NCBI RefSeq assembly: GCF_004010195.1
Contig: NC_057716.1
Coordinates: 40,403,821 to 40,467,820, forward strand
Reading direction: 5' to 3'
DNA length: 64,000 nt
Origin: Chiloscyllium plagiosum
Lineage: Eukaryota
Each line of letters starts with the position of its first letter. Within the stretch, counting starts at the first letter, position 1. The position numbers and the translations under genes were made by a program. This document shows positions 1-12,876 of this stretch, piece after piece. A model generated the notes under the pieces. It did no database searches, was not told the origin of the DNA, and saw only the letters and a program-made list of their open reading frames with translations.

Positions 1-721
1 TGAGCAGTGTAGTTGGAAGTGAGCTGGACCTTTGGAAATTGGATCGCTTCATCTGTGCAAGAGGTTCATTCTTGGGTGATCTCTCTCCCTCTCGCATTAT
101 TCGATCATTTGCTTTGGTCACCGGACGTCTTGCTCTTCCTGAGCTACTTGAGACAATATAGGTTTTTGTTTTAGCTCTCTCAAGTACTGTAGTAATTTTA
201 TCTATTGACGAAGAAGAAAAACTCATTGCTTCAGCATCCTTTAGATTTAAAGCAGCAGGTTCTGAATAGCAACTCAGGACAGAATCCATGCTACTCTGCC
301 TTTGTCCAGCTTTATGATGACCAGAGTATATAGGAATATCACCTTCACTTTCATACCTTGTGTCACTTTCTGGGTACAGTGTCATGTCACCTTGTGATGA
401 AGATTCTTCATCAGTAAAATCCAAAGCCTTCTGTCCACCTGACTGCGCAGAATTGTCCACATCAGCAGCTTCCTTGCCATCGTTCTCAACCATTGCCCCT
501 TGTGAATCAATCACAGCATCAGGAATTAGTTCTGCCTTCAACCCTAAAATTGTCTCCTTAAGATCCAGAGTCATGTTTTCCACCGGTGTTTGAAATGGAG
601 TGAAAAACTGTTGGTCACAACTCTGAGGAGTTTTAAGTTCATCGATTAATGATGTGACTGTTGTCTCACTATCACAGCTATCAGCACTGCTCCCCATAGC
701 CTGCAGGTAACCATCTGGACC
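1..721 (-). CDS. ITPRID2: Coding exon 11, partial (GPDGYLQAMGSSADSCDSETTVTSL...RSSSLPTTLL), continues past window edge
   Basis: ctatccaag|GGTCCA acceptor (alternative in-frame ctgcag|GCTATG at 700); conserved motifs at both ends lie in the same frame. Confidence 0.9.
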
Positions 722-2666
722 CTTGGATAGACCACAAGAATTAAATGTATCATAAAAATTCAACTCAAATAATTAATTCAAATCAATCAATCAGTCACTA
801 GTAGCTTAAATTTAAATGATTTTGTATCCAGTTAAGAAACTCAGTTTTATTTTCATCACTTCAACAAAAAGAGAAAACAGTCAATACTCGGAAATGGGTC
901 AGTAAACATCGTACATATCGTAACTGTTTGCAGACTTCAAATGTGTCTAAAGGGCACAGATCATTTAGGAACTATGCTGCGGTAAAGGTAATTTAGTTTT
1001 CACAATAGAGTGTGAGGGTTTGAACCATTGGGTAGAAAAGAACTGTCTCGGGAACTTCTCACCACAAGGATCTCTTCAACCTTTAAATTTGTGGCAAACT
1101 AGAGTCACGTTCTCGTACATATGCTTTCCAACAAAACTCTCTATGCTGTTATTCTGCTGGCTCAAGGGAACTCTTTCCTGGAATGGAAACTGCTGCTAAA
1201 GTTATTGATCAGCTACTGATTGAAAAGAAATTGCTTCCATAGCTGAGATTTATAGAAAGAGAGGTTTCTGCTTTATTAAAATAACATTAATAGCAAAACA
1301 AAATCCATTGTTTTGCGAAATATAAACCCTCAACTAACTACAAGAGTTCTCAAAGTTGATTTTAAATCCCACCAGTGTCTTAGATATTCCCACTGTTTTA
1401 CTCGATGAAAACAGCCCCTCACACAAATTATTACTTGGAACTGGTCACAAAAATATATTTAGGTCAATCATCTGTTCTGGAAATGTAATGTGTAAAATCT
1501 AATGCAGTCTTAGTATGTACACTTAGTATACAAGCCAAATGCACTGTAAAGATATTTTGAAATAAATAGTCAAAAAGTTTATTTTATTAATCTTAAATCA
1601 TTTCAAGTTAAACTCCCTGCAGAAATGATTAGGGAGAAATACGACAACATGTATGAATTTACAAACAGCAACAGTGCATTAATTGATCTGCTGAAAAAAT
1701 ATAAAACAAGAGATTCTAGAAATAAAGCATTAAGTGCCAAGTAACAAGAGGAGAGAATAACATAAGCTCCATAGAATCCAAATATGATACCAGATATGTG
1801 TCAACATAGCATCTGAGCCACAAGGGAGGGAACAGTGAATACAGCTGTCCAATTTAAAAATCAATGTTGATTATTTGACAAATACTAGTACCTCCTCAGC
1901 TTTTAAAGTTACTGAATACATGACCTACAGCATCTGCTGGGGCTCAGTCACCAAAAAGGTCACCAGTATCCCCAGGTATATGTTTCAACTGCAGATAGAA
2001 CAGATTTATTAGACATTAAAGATATTCTTAAAAGTCAACAGGACGTGCATTAGAAATCAGATATCCCCCTGACATTGTGTGGCTAATTTAGATGGGTAAT
2101 TAAAGTGGATACACATTACAGATTAGGACACCTTTAGTAAACGTCATGATACTGTAGTATATTTCTTGTAATAGTAGGGCCTTAAATGTCAATAAGCAAT
2201 TTGTTAAAAGATATATATAATTTCAAAAAATTGAATACTTGCAAATTTAAAAACAGAATACTGCAAGGATTGCAGATCCAAAATAAAACATACTGCACGG
2301 ATACAAATCTCTCTGGTCTATTTTAAGATGTTGATTAACCTGCTATAGTTACGCAAAAAAATTGTTACTCTTTTAAATCTGAGTGTATCAGTGTACAAAC
2401 TGGCAAAAAGTATCCTATATTTTGGAAAAATAGATCCTTCTATCAAGGTTATCAAAGGTTAAGTCTGCAGTTTCTCCTCTCTTCACAAATACTTTTCCTT
2501 CACTGTCCCCTTCAAAAAGTCATATAACATTCGAGAGAAAGCATATGGCCTGCTCCTGACCTCTACTGCCTATTATTTGCATTCTCCTTAAAAAAAACCT
2601 AAAATGTAACTGTTAAGAAGTAAATTTGAGCACAATTTTCTTTCATTGAAAGTAAAAATGTAATAC

Positions 2667-2752
2667 CTGACACTGTCCAGTCATGTCAGAGGATGGATCT
2701 TCTGCAAAGCCGCTGCTATCAGAATGGGAGCTGCTGGTCCTTGTAAAATGTT
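2667..2752 (-). CDS. ITPRID2: Coding exon 10 (HFTRTSSSHSDSSGFAEDPSSDMTGQCQ), 86 nt
   Basis: atttcag|AACATT...GTCAG|gtatta; phase 1 to 0; HSDSSGFAED motif. Confidence 0.92.
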
Positions 2753-3012
2753 CTGAAATGTACAGCAGACTTCATTAAATCTGAACCCAAATTAACATAA
2801 ACACGCAGACAAAGCGTGAGCTAGAAATGGAAATGTTGCACTTAGAATTAATAATGTTAGAATGGAATGCATTGCACAAAAGTAAACTCAAACTGGTTTG
2901 AACTAGCATAACAAAGTTGCATTGACTATTCTATTGTCACTTCTAGTTTGCTGAGCATATTCATACTGTAAGCTTACATTTGCAATGAGTTGTTTTACTC
3001 ATTAAGATGTTA

Positions 3013-3205
3013 GAGGAGAAAGTGAGGTCTGCAGGTGCTGGAGATCAGAGCTGGAAATGTGTTGCTGGAAAAGCGCAGGTCAGGCAGCATCCAGGGAACA
3101 GGAGAATCGACATTTCCTGAAGAAGGGCTTATGCCCGAAACGTCGATTCTCCTGTTCCCTGGATGCTGCCTGACCTGCTGCGCTTTTCTAGCAACACATT
3201 TCCAG
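3013..3205. mobile_element. Short fold-back Penelope-like (pLTR-only) insertion
   Basis: Arms of about 70-75 bp are near-perfect reverse complements; flanked by 15-bp direct repeat CTCATTAAGATGTTA (2998-3012, 3206-3220). Confidence 0.8.
3117..3144 (+). ncRNA. Minimal hammerhead ribozyme motif (PLE type)
   Basis: CTGAAGA-A-GGGC-TTAT-GCCC-GAAAC-GTC; stem I weak; antisense to host gene. Confidence 0.65.
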
Positions 3206-5195
3206 CTCATTAAGATGTTAACAAAACTCATAGTTGACAACTTGAAAATCTCCCATTTATTCTTGGCATAAATAAAGTTTATACAGATTTCTCAGTCTCA
3301 AGGCAAGCCATATGAAACAAAAGCTATTCCTTCTTTGATTGATGCACATTTCATATCAGTATTGTGGTGATCAATACTTCTTTTGATCCTAATATGTAAT
3401 CTATTTCCCATATTGCTTCTTGTACCAAGCAGCTTGGTATCTTCTCTTCTAGTTTAACATCCCCTCAGCGACTCCTAGCACTATCAAATCAAACAAAAAA
3501 TAGCAGATTAGATTACTTTCATTCCTGAGGAGGCTTATCTAAAACTTTTGCTCCTTCAGCAGGACACAGATGGATAAATCTTGCCTCCACATTCCATAAT
3601 TGATTTAGTCTTTCTCTTGGTGCTCCTCTGAACTTTAATTTCATAAATAATTTCATAATAAACTCTCATTTATTAGGAGGGACAGATTTAGATATGCTAT
3701 TCAACAGCTATCACGATTTTCTCTTTTTCCTTATGAAATTACTCCCTCCACTGAAACATACCTTGCCAGAATGAGAATCTTGCACATAAGGACTAGACAA
3801 TGTGCTCACAAGTTATTCTATCTTGTAGAGCATAACAGCCACGCTTGATTTATCTTCAGCTGACATCAACGCATGCACAGATTTAGTGGGTGACATTGAA
3901 AAATCATCGGAGGCAGTAATCCTAGATAAATTTCTTCTTCCTAACCTGAGGCACTAAGATTGATTGTAGCATGCTGCCAGAATCCTAATCAGACCCGCTA
4001 ATTTATAAAGGACAGAGAGTGAACTTGAGGCTTGTTTGGCTTAGCTATGCATCACTTTTATCAACTGGGTCATCCGAAGAAAGGCTAAACTTTGATACAA
4101 ATTAACTCTCAACTTTGCCAGAATTAACATCTGAGAAAGTAATAAAGGACAATTGCTATACAGTTGTTACATGTTTTTTGTGTTATGGAACCAAGAGAGA
4201 TGTCTATTCCTTCAAATAAAATAATTCATAAAACCACAAAGTAACAGTATCTTACAAAATTATTTACCATCATTTGAAAAGCTCTGATAGGTGCAAACTA
4301 ACTAGATTTTATCTTAATGGCAGCATATGTTGATTGCATTGTAAATTATTGTTATTTAACACGCTGCTATAAAGCAATTTATATTAATGTTACTTAGGAC
4401 ATGAGCAATTTTAAAATATTGTACCAAATAATCATGTTTTCTGATCAAAGTACAGAGAGGTGTTATCTGATTAGTTATGATCACACAGAATGGAAGGAAA
4501 TCTGTCAATTATCAACCAGGTTGCAAAATCAAAATCAACTCTATGCAGCTCCAAGTTTACTTTACCTCCATCAAAAAAAATATTGTGCTGTAACTTCTGG
4601 CCCCATCTGTTAGTTTCTACGCACCAAACAAGTCATTTTCAGCACATGCATAACAGCTCTTCTATCAATGATGCATCAGTAAATCTTGTACACTTTTACA
4701 AAGGGAACCAGCAACAATTACTTTGGAACCATTTGATGAACCTAATTAGAAAATGCCCAACATTCATTCTTTAACTGTTCATCAAGAAGAATTGGAATGC
4801 AAAGATTTATTCACAAAAAAGTGTGATTAGTAAGTACATGTGATGAACACTTTATTGTAATACAATATGTAAAAAAACCTAATCTAGAAAGTCTGTTTCT
4901 ACCCCAGTTTTACAATGTAAAACCTGTGCCTAAACATCCAATATGGCTGGTAACATACATTCACATTGGTAAAGGCTTTTGTATAGGGACCCAGAGCCGA
5001 AGGCTGTAACAGTCATTTTAATACTCGGCTTCTCCTGAAAATTAATTTGCAACTAACATCAGCATCCATGAATACTCTGTTATTACTGTCAGGTACTTGG
5101 CAGCCAAATCAGCCACCTTCAAAGAAAACCTGGAGGCTTCCTCCCAAAAGGCAAACTTGAAAGAAATATTAAATCAATGCCTCACTGCTGGTCAC

Positions 5196-5420
5196 TGTTG
5201 TGATTTGAATGAGATTAGCCAGGTGGATCTCAGATTAGGACCTCCCTGATTAGACCAGGTTAACAGTGCCAATCGGGGAGTCCTGGCTGATGGATATAAA
5301 CAGGAGAATCAGAGATTCTGGTCATTCACTTTGAGGGAGCTGGATCAGTGTCAAATACTCTCCAACTGTAATTCAAGGGTGACTTGGTGATGGCACATAG
5401 GCCTCTGTGAATTTATTCCA
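5196..5420 (+). mobile_element. Solo LTR, probably Gypsy-type
   Basis: TG...CA termini, 5-bp flanks GTCAC/GTTAC, internal CCAAT and TATAAA. Confidence 0.6.
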
Positions 5421-7009
5421 GTTACCACTTCCGATCAGCCCAGTTGCCTTGATGGATTTTACCTGCAACCTCAACTGATATCGGTGTTGGAAAATGTTAG
5501 TGCCTTTCAAGACTGTCAAATTTTGCAGGGTCTGGTAGCTGCAGCTCACTGATAATAAACAAATGAGGCCCAGCAAATCAACTTCCTGCAGTCCTGTCAC
5601 TGACCTCTTTAAATACAGGCCTTTTGCTCAACACCAATATCACAACCCAATTCAACTCAACTCCATTTTTGGACTCAAATATTTTGGTGGCAAATTCTAA
5701 CAACAAAAAACTTCACCAAAACTGAAAACCCCTTTAGTTTGAAACATAAAAACAAATTATCTGTTTTCACTGTAGCATCTGTCTATTATGAGACTTCATA
5801 AAAAGTGACTGCATGCTGAAAGTGCTGTGTATTACATATAAACATTGAGTAGGAAATAAGTATCTGACATGGGCTGATTCATGCTGTAAGCAATCTTGCA
5901 TGTGGTTGGCCTGACCTAATCTAAAGTCAACAGGGATGTGATGTGGAACTTGAGATGTACTTAGTACACAAAGAATGCACAATCAATAAAGCAAATAAAA
6001 GCTAACCAGTAATTGCAGGACAACAAGCAAACCCCAGATCTGAAAACATCACTTCCTTGACACTCAGTGATTATAAAGGCTATAGTGTACTTAGACACTT
6101 TTAGAGCTTCTTGTTAATATGTGATTTCCTGCTGTTTAAGTTTACTGACTGTTTAGAGATAAAGGAACTGCACCTTCAATCCTAGGCATGAAATCCCTTT
6201 TGAATGAGTGAAATTTCTGCTCATATAGACTTGAGCATCCCATTGTAAAATTTCTGCCAATGGCACATGAGCAATCTAAGCACAAACTATGCTCAAAACT
6301 TTTCTGCTCAAACTCATTTATATAATCATAAATATAAAAGTCTATCTTGAACCAGATTTTTCAGGACTTATTTTTCCCTTTTTGTTTGTTTTCTGCATTT
6401 AAACATATAAATACTTTTAAGCTTGATAACTGTTTTGTCAATGCAGATGAAATGTGCTTACCTCAAAAAAACATTTTTAACAAATATCTAATCTATCACT
6501 TGTTAATACAATAAAAATAACTAAAAAGTGAACCACAACAATATATTGGCTTCAATATAGAGTGTGTGGTCAGTTTTAGTAAATAAATACTTTGCTGATA
6601 TTCAAGAACTATTTAAAAAAGGTACACATTATTACTCTTGCAACTATAAATTAACCATGCTTTTAAGAACTTCCTCAGAGGCCCGATACAGTTTAATTCA
6701 TGCAAACTCAGTGTGCTGATTAATTGAATTTGTTTCTGTGGCCAGATTCCAGAGATATACTTCTTAAAACAAAGTAAAAGGTTGCAGAAAAGGTCAAAGT
6801 CAAGTTTTGCTTGATAATATCCAAGAAATGCCTTGTGACACTTGCCATTAAAGGAACCATATAAACACAAGTTGTTGTAAATCTTTTTCAATATTCACAG
6901 AAGAGATTGACTCAGTCATGAGCTGGACATATACAGGAAAGGGAAAAGGCCACTCAGTTCCTTCAGCCTACTTTGTCATTCAATTAGATCATGGTTGAAA
7001 GAGGGCCTT

Positions 7010-7218
7010 ATGGTGCACTGGTAGTATCACTAACTTTGGACCAAAAGCTCTGGATTAGAGTCCCACTTGCCCCTGAGATCGCTGTAACACTATATTCTGC
7101 ATTCTCTTCACTTACCCTGATATACGTGTGTAAGGTATGATTTGTCTGGTTAGCATGCAAAACAATACTTTTTGCTGTATTCCAGTACATGTGACAATAA
7201 TAAATAAAATCAAATCAT
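7010..7218 (+). mobile_element. SINE-like head plus Rex1/Babar-like 3' tail, within old CR1 3' remnant (about 6930-7560)
   Basis: Degenerate tRNA-like 5' part, then ...CTGTATTCCAGTACATGTGACAATAATAAATAAAATCAAATC tail. Confidence 0.4.
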
Positions 7219-8529
7219 AACATATCCAAGCACATTGATTGAAAAATTCTCAACTCTTTTAGTTTTCGTATGGAAGGGCAAAATGTGACAGCACAGGCTT
7301 GGAGTACAGACAGGCCAGTTCCTTTACCATATTGTTCTTTATTCTATTTACCTGCCTTCTCTCACCGTCCCTCAATGTATCTAGTTAATTAAGGTCTGTG
7401 GATCTCGGTCTTGAAAATTGCAATAACACCAACATTCACAGCATTTAAAGAGATTGAATTCTAGATTTCAAAACCCTATATGAAAAAGTATTCTGATTTC
7501 AGTTCTGTATGACCAAATTTTTATTTGAGGATTATGCCCCTTGTTATAGGTTCTATCACTAGAGGAATTAGGTCCTAAATTAAATTCACATTTTTAGGCA
7601 TAATTGACACAATCCAGCTTAATAATGGGTGATTATAGTGGCCTGACTGTCACCCAGTCAGTGCGAGAATCAGTGCAAAAAGGATTTTGTTAACTGATGA
7701 CTCCTAGTGGAAAATATACGTATGAGCATTGTGTGAGAGCAATGAGTTTGGCTGACACTGCTCGAGATAGAATAAGCCTTTGTTGAGATGTGCATATAAA
7801 TATGGTCTCATTACATGAGTTGCATGAGGAATTTCAGGGCCCCTTAGAAATACATTTCACCACTAATCAGGGGTTTGAGATACGGAGAGGAGACAGTTTG
7901 CAGATCAACAACTTTTAGTGAAATTAATAGAGACCATCATTGATGAGAAGGATATCGAACTAGGGAGAAGAATTGGCGGATATAGCATTCCTCTCTACCA
8001 ATACCCCACAATAGAAGTTTGGAGTCCAGCAGCTTAGATCACTTAACATTTCTTTGAGGAATTCAGGTAGCACAGGAATTGTCTATGTTGAAGATTAAGA
8101 AGTTGGAATTCCTTGCAAGTTTACAAATTGATATACACCAACTCTTCTCATATTGTGACAAAATCAGACATACAGTTGAAAATCCTTGCTACAAATATCA
8201 ACAAACAGTAAAAAACTTTTAAAAAGCAGTTTATTTCTGAAAACCTCTATTTTAAAACGACCGAAAGCACTTTTATACATTTCCCCCCAAGATTCAGTTA
8301 AAACAAGTTCAATGTTTGGAGGCAGGTGCAAATTGAATATTACATTTAAAATAGATTGCTCTCATAGTTTAAAAGTATTTTCAATATTTTAATCATTTCT
8401 ACATAAGCTATGCCTTTTCTCATAAATGGTAACTACTGTGCTGTGCAATTCTTTGTTTTCATCAAGTGGTGTCAGTATCCACAAGGCTATTGAGACTAAG
8501 GGAACATTCATTTGATCAAGGTTTGGTAA

Positions 8530-9305
8530 ACTTTGCAGCCTCCACCACCTCCTCTGGCAGCTCATTACACACACACACACACACACACCACCCTTTGTGA
8601 AAAATGTGTCCCTTAGATCTCCTATAATTTTTCCCCTCTCACCCTAAACTTATGCCCTCTGGTTCTGGACTTCACCACCCAGAGAAAATACCTTGTCTAT
8701 TTATCCTATCCATGCCCCTCATGATTTTATAAACTTCTTTAACGTCACCCCTCAGCCTCCGACACTCCAGGGAAAATAGCCCCAGCCTATTCAGCCTCTC
8801 CCTATAGCTCAAATCCTCCAACCCTGGCAACATCCTTGTAAATCTTTTCTGAACCTTTTAAGTTTCACAACATCCTTTCTATAGGAGGGTTGCACACAAC
8901 AATTCCAAAAGTGGCCTAACCAACATCCTGTACAGCCACATGACCTCCCCAACTCCTATACTCAATGCTCTGACCAATAAAGCAAAGCATACCAAACGCC
9001 TTCTTCACTATCCTATCTACCTGCGACTCAACTTTCAAGGAATATAAACATGCACTCCAAGGTCTCTTTGTTCACCAACACTCTCCAGGACCTCACCAAT
9101 AAATGTATAAGTCCAGCCCTGATTTGCCTTTTCAAAGTGCAGCACCTCACATTTATCTAAATTCAACTCCATCCGCCACTCCTTAGCCCATTGGCCCAAC
9201 TGATCAAGATCCCATTGTACTCTGGAGATATAGTGGACAGCAAAGAATGTTACCTCAATTTTGGTGCCATCTGCAAACTTACTAACTATATCTCCTATGT
9301 TCATA
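8530..9305 (-). mobile_element. CR1-clade LINE fragment (RT C-terminal part)
   Basis: Translation SKFADGTKI...DLDQLGQWAKEWRMELNLDKCEVLHF...RDLGVHV. Confidence 0.88.
8567..8590 (+). repeat. (CA)n microsatellite
   Basis: Direct reading. Confidence 0.9.
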
Positions 9306-9350
9306 GATATACAGAATTCCTGTGCAATTATCCCAGAAATAATTATTTGT

Positions 9351-9669
9351 GGGCGGCACGGTGGCACAGTGGTTAGCACTGCTGCCTCACAGCGCCAGAG
9401 ACCCAGGTTCAATTCCCGCCTCAGGCGACTGACTGTGTGGAGTTTGCACATTCTCCCCATGTCTGCGTGGGTTTCCTCCGGGTGCTCCGGTTTCCTCCCA
9501 CAGTCCAAAAATGTGCAGGTTAGGTGAATTGGCCATGCTAAATTGCCCGTAGTGTTAGGGGCAGGGGTAAATGTAGGAGAATGGGTCTGGGTGGGTTGCG
9601 CTTCGGCGGGTCGGTGTGGACTCGTTGGGCCGAAGGGTCTGTTTCCACACTGTGAGTAATCTAATCTAT
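9351..9669 (+). mobile_element. HE1-like tRNA-derived V-SINE, full length
   Basis: A box TGGCACAGTGG, B box GGTTCAATTCC, V-domain (GTGTGGAGTTTGCACATTCTCCCC...GGTTTCCTCC), CR1-like tail ending TAATCTAATCT. Confidence 0.9.
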
Positions 9670-10367
9670 CAAGTCAAAATGTAATCCTGAGCTAGAATTA
9701 CTTAAGAACTAGCTACTTTTCACTTAAAACTGTAAAATTATAGATGGCAGTGGCGGTTTGCAGATGGCGATTTGCTTTCATCATTTAAAATCCTTCTTAG
9801 CAAAGCAATAAGGAACTAATAGTTAATTTTTTTCTAAAAATTGGGAGTACCTAAATGGTAGAGGATTAATGACAAATGCTAATTTTAACTACTGTTTCAA
9901 TCAGTTTCTATTTGCAACTGATACTAATATGCATGAACCGCTTACACATTTAAACTTATTTTAAATTAAAGCTTTAAGTCAATATCTTCCCTCGAAAAAT
10001 CAGGATACACACATTGAAGCACAATCCTAAAATAAATGAGCGACAGCAAAGGGTCACTCAAACCCCACAAAGCTAACTGCTACTAGATGATGCAATGTTC
10101 TAGGGTAGGAAAACATCAACCTGCACAAGATTATTGGCAGATTACAGTAGATATAGAATTTCATGCCAATTATCAGATCATTTCTGAAAAGGTTTAAGCA
10201 ATTATATCACTAAACAAGAATACCTTTGTATTAATGTCAACAAATCTCAAGGTTACACAACATACTGAGAGGTGCTATCATTGCAGACAATGGCTAAAGT
10301 AATAATTCAATTTCTGGTATCAATTCTTTAATTTTTATCAAAGGTTCTTGTGAAGAAAAAGAACCAT

Positions 10368-11284
10368 TCAAAGTTTGTGAGAAGATTTGTAGCTCGGGTA
10401 CTCGTTGTTGTGGTTCTGTTCGCCGAGCTGGAAGTTTTTGTTGCAAACGTTTATGAACTATGAAAGCAACCACCCCAATACACACAAACGAAGTTGCATC
10501 AAGACACTATTCAAAAGGGCCACAACACACTGCAGCACACCAGAACTGCAAAAAGAGGAAGAGGAACACCTATACAAGGTATTCGCCAAAAACGGATATC
10601 CTCGCAATTTCATCAACAAATGCCTAAGGGAAAGACAATGGAACGAGGACATGCCGCAACCCAAAGGACTAGCCACACTACCATACATCAAGAACATCTC
10701 TGAAATGACAGCCAGACTACTGCGACCACTAGGACTTATAACAGCACACAAACCAACAGCCACACTCAGACAACAACTCACCGGAACGAAGGACCCGATA
10801 CCCAGCATGAGCAAAACTAACGTAATGTACAAAATCCCATGCAAGAACTGCTCAAAACACTATATAGGACAAACAGGAAGACAACTAACGATCCGCATCC
10901 ATGAACATCAACTACCCACGAAACGACACGACCAGCTATCCCTAGTAGCCACACACGCAGACGACAAGCAACATGAATTTGACTGGGACAACACTACCAT
11001 TATAGGGCAAGCCAAACAAAGAACAGCCAGAGAATTCCTAGAAGCATGGCACTCATCCACAAACTCCATCAACAAATACAACGACCTGGACCCAATATAC
11101 CAGCCACTTCAGCGGACAGCTGAAACTGACAACCGGAAGCGGCAGGGACAGGCCACTATAAATGCCGGAGGAAACACCACAGAAGCGCTTCACAGGAGGC
11201 TCCCAAGCACTGAGGATGTCACCTAGACAGGGGACGAAACGTTTGCCACAAAAACTTCCAGCTCGGCGAGCAGAACCACAACAA
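10368..11284 (+). mobile_element. Penelope-like element, 5'-truncated, with GIY-YIG endonuclease ORF and inverted pLTR
   Basis: ORF 10405..11226 contains HP..HKRS.IKTLFKRA, NGYP, VMYKIPCKNC..HYIGQTGR.L..RIHEH; 10405-10452 is the reverse complement of 11237-11284. Confidence 0.9.
11207..11246 (+). ncRNA. Minimal hammerhead ribozyme motif in PLE pLTR
   Basis: GCA-CTGAGGA-T-GTCACCT-AGAC-AGGGGAC-GAAAC-GTT-TGC (stem I GCA/TGC, stem II, palindromic AAACGTTT). Confidence 0.65.
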
Positions 11285-11499
11285 GGAAACATATTCATAC
11301 TTCCGGCTTCTAGCAGGAGTAAAACGTAGTGATAGTTAACGTAGTGCCAGACATCATTTATCAAAATCATGTGACTGCGATAAATGTGGAGATTTACTTT
11401 CTCACATTTATGCTGTTGACATCTAGCTTGACCTCATTAATACCCCTCAACTCCTTCCACTGGTGCTAAAATTATCAAGTTGCTTACCTAATATCAAGC

Positions 11500-12560
11500 A
11501 CTTGATGGGTAGCAATTTCTTCTAACTAAGTATTGGGAAGAGTAAAGCCTCACTGTTTAGTCACCTGTCCAAACTCTGTTCTCTATTTTAACCTCTGCGA
11601 AAATGCCCAACTTCGCCCACACCCAGCTTACCTCCTTCAGAAACCCTCATCCATCCATCAACACCTCTAGATTCAACTAACCTAACGCACTCTTGGGCTG
11701 TAGGTTCCATTCTATCCTTGGTGAGCTTGAGGCCATCCAATATTCTCTTTCCAGTGCCTTCATCTCTAGCAGGCTTATTCCTCATTCATCACTGTGCTTG
11801 TTGACCACCATTTGCACACATTTAAGCTGCATCTTAGAATCATAGAATCTCTACAGTGTGGAAACAGGCCATTCAGGCCAACAATTCTACACTGATCCTC
11901 CAACGAGTTTCCTATCCAAACCTATTCCCCTGCCCTACATTTTACATTTTCCGCTGACTAATGTACCTAACTAATGCACCTCTGAACACTATGGGCAATT
12001 TAGCATGGCCAATTCACCTAACCTGCACATTTTTCAACTGTGGGAGGAAACTGGAACACCCAGAAAAAATCCAGCAGACAGGGGAGAATGTGCAAGCTCC
12101 ACACAGACAGTTGCCAGAGGCTGGAATTGAACCTGGGACCCTGGTGCTGTGAGGCAGCAGTGCTCGCCACTGAGCCACCCATCTTGATTTGAGCATTTTC
12201 CTCGTCAATTGCAAGTCCCGCCATGATTGCACCCATCCCTCTTTCTGCAATCTCTTCCAGTCCACAAACCTGCCCAACATCCAGGATCTTCTAATTCTGA
12301 CCTCTTGCCTATCCCCAATTTGCTTTGGTTCACCAGTTCCTCAGTTCCCTAGAGCTCACACTCTGGAGCTCTACACCAAAGCAGACCAACACCCAGCTCA
12401 TTCTTCGCTTTGAAACCACACCTTAAAACCTACCTTTCTGCCAATCTTTTTGTCACCTAACATAATATCTCCTGATAGGCTTGGTCCCATACCTGATAAT
12501 GCTCCCTGTGCTAGACCTTGCAAAATCTTGAAATATTAAAAACGAGCTAGGTAAACAGAA
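11500..12560 (+). mobile_element. Degenerate L2-like LINE 3' region interrupted by HE1 SINE
   Basis: L2-type text such as CCATCAACACCTCTAGATTCAACTA and CCTTAAAACCTACCTTT. Confidence 0.55.
11836..12180 (-). mobile_element. HE1-like V-SINE
   Basis: Reverse complement of the 9351 copy, more diverged. Confidence 0.88.
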
Positions 12561-12625
12561 GAGGTGATAATGTACCAGCAGCATTGTATTAGAAAGCTAA
12601 GGCGTTATACTTATTTAGTGTAAGC

Positions 12626-12876
12626 TTTCTCTTTCTGTATCTAACTTGGTATTGAATTTACCAGCACTAACTGACACTTCTTTCCACTCCTTATATTGGT
12701 ACTTCCCTCATTTTGATTGATTTAGCAAATTGCTTGCATTATTCAATCCAGTCACAGGTGCCTTGTTGCCCTCACAGATATCAACACGCGCTTTCAGCAA
12801 CAAAATATTGATGGAACCAAATGTTCTATTTCCCGACAGTTAAGCTTCAGATTCCTGTTGAATGCCAACAAGTACC
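12626..12876 (+). repeat. Local direct repeat, copy 1 (about 250 bp)
   Basis: Highly similar to 13632-13890. Confidence 0.92.

Noticed and set aside
360-593. Plus-strand 77-aa ORF
   Set aside because: Antisense shadow of coding exon 11
9351-9425. tRNA gene (also at other SINE heads)
   Set aside because: A/B boxes continue into SINE body and tail; these are tRNA-derived SINE heads
10405-11226. 273-aa ORF as a host gene
   Set aside because: It is a truncated Penelope GIY-YIG fragment whose start derives from the inverted pLTR
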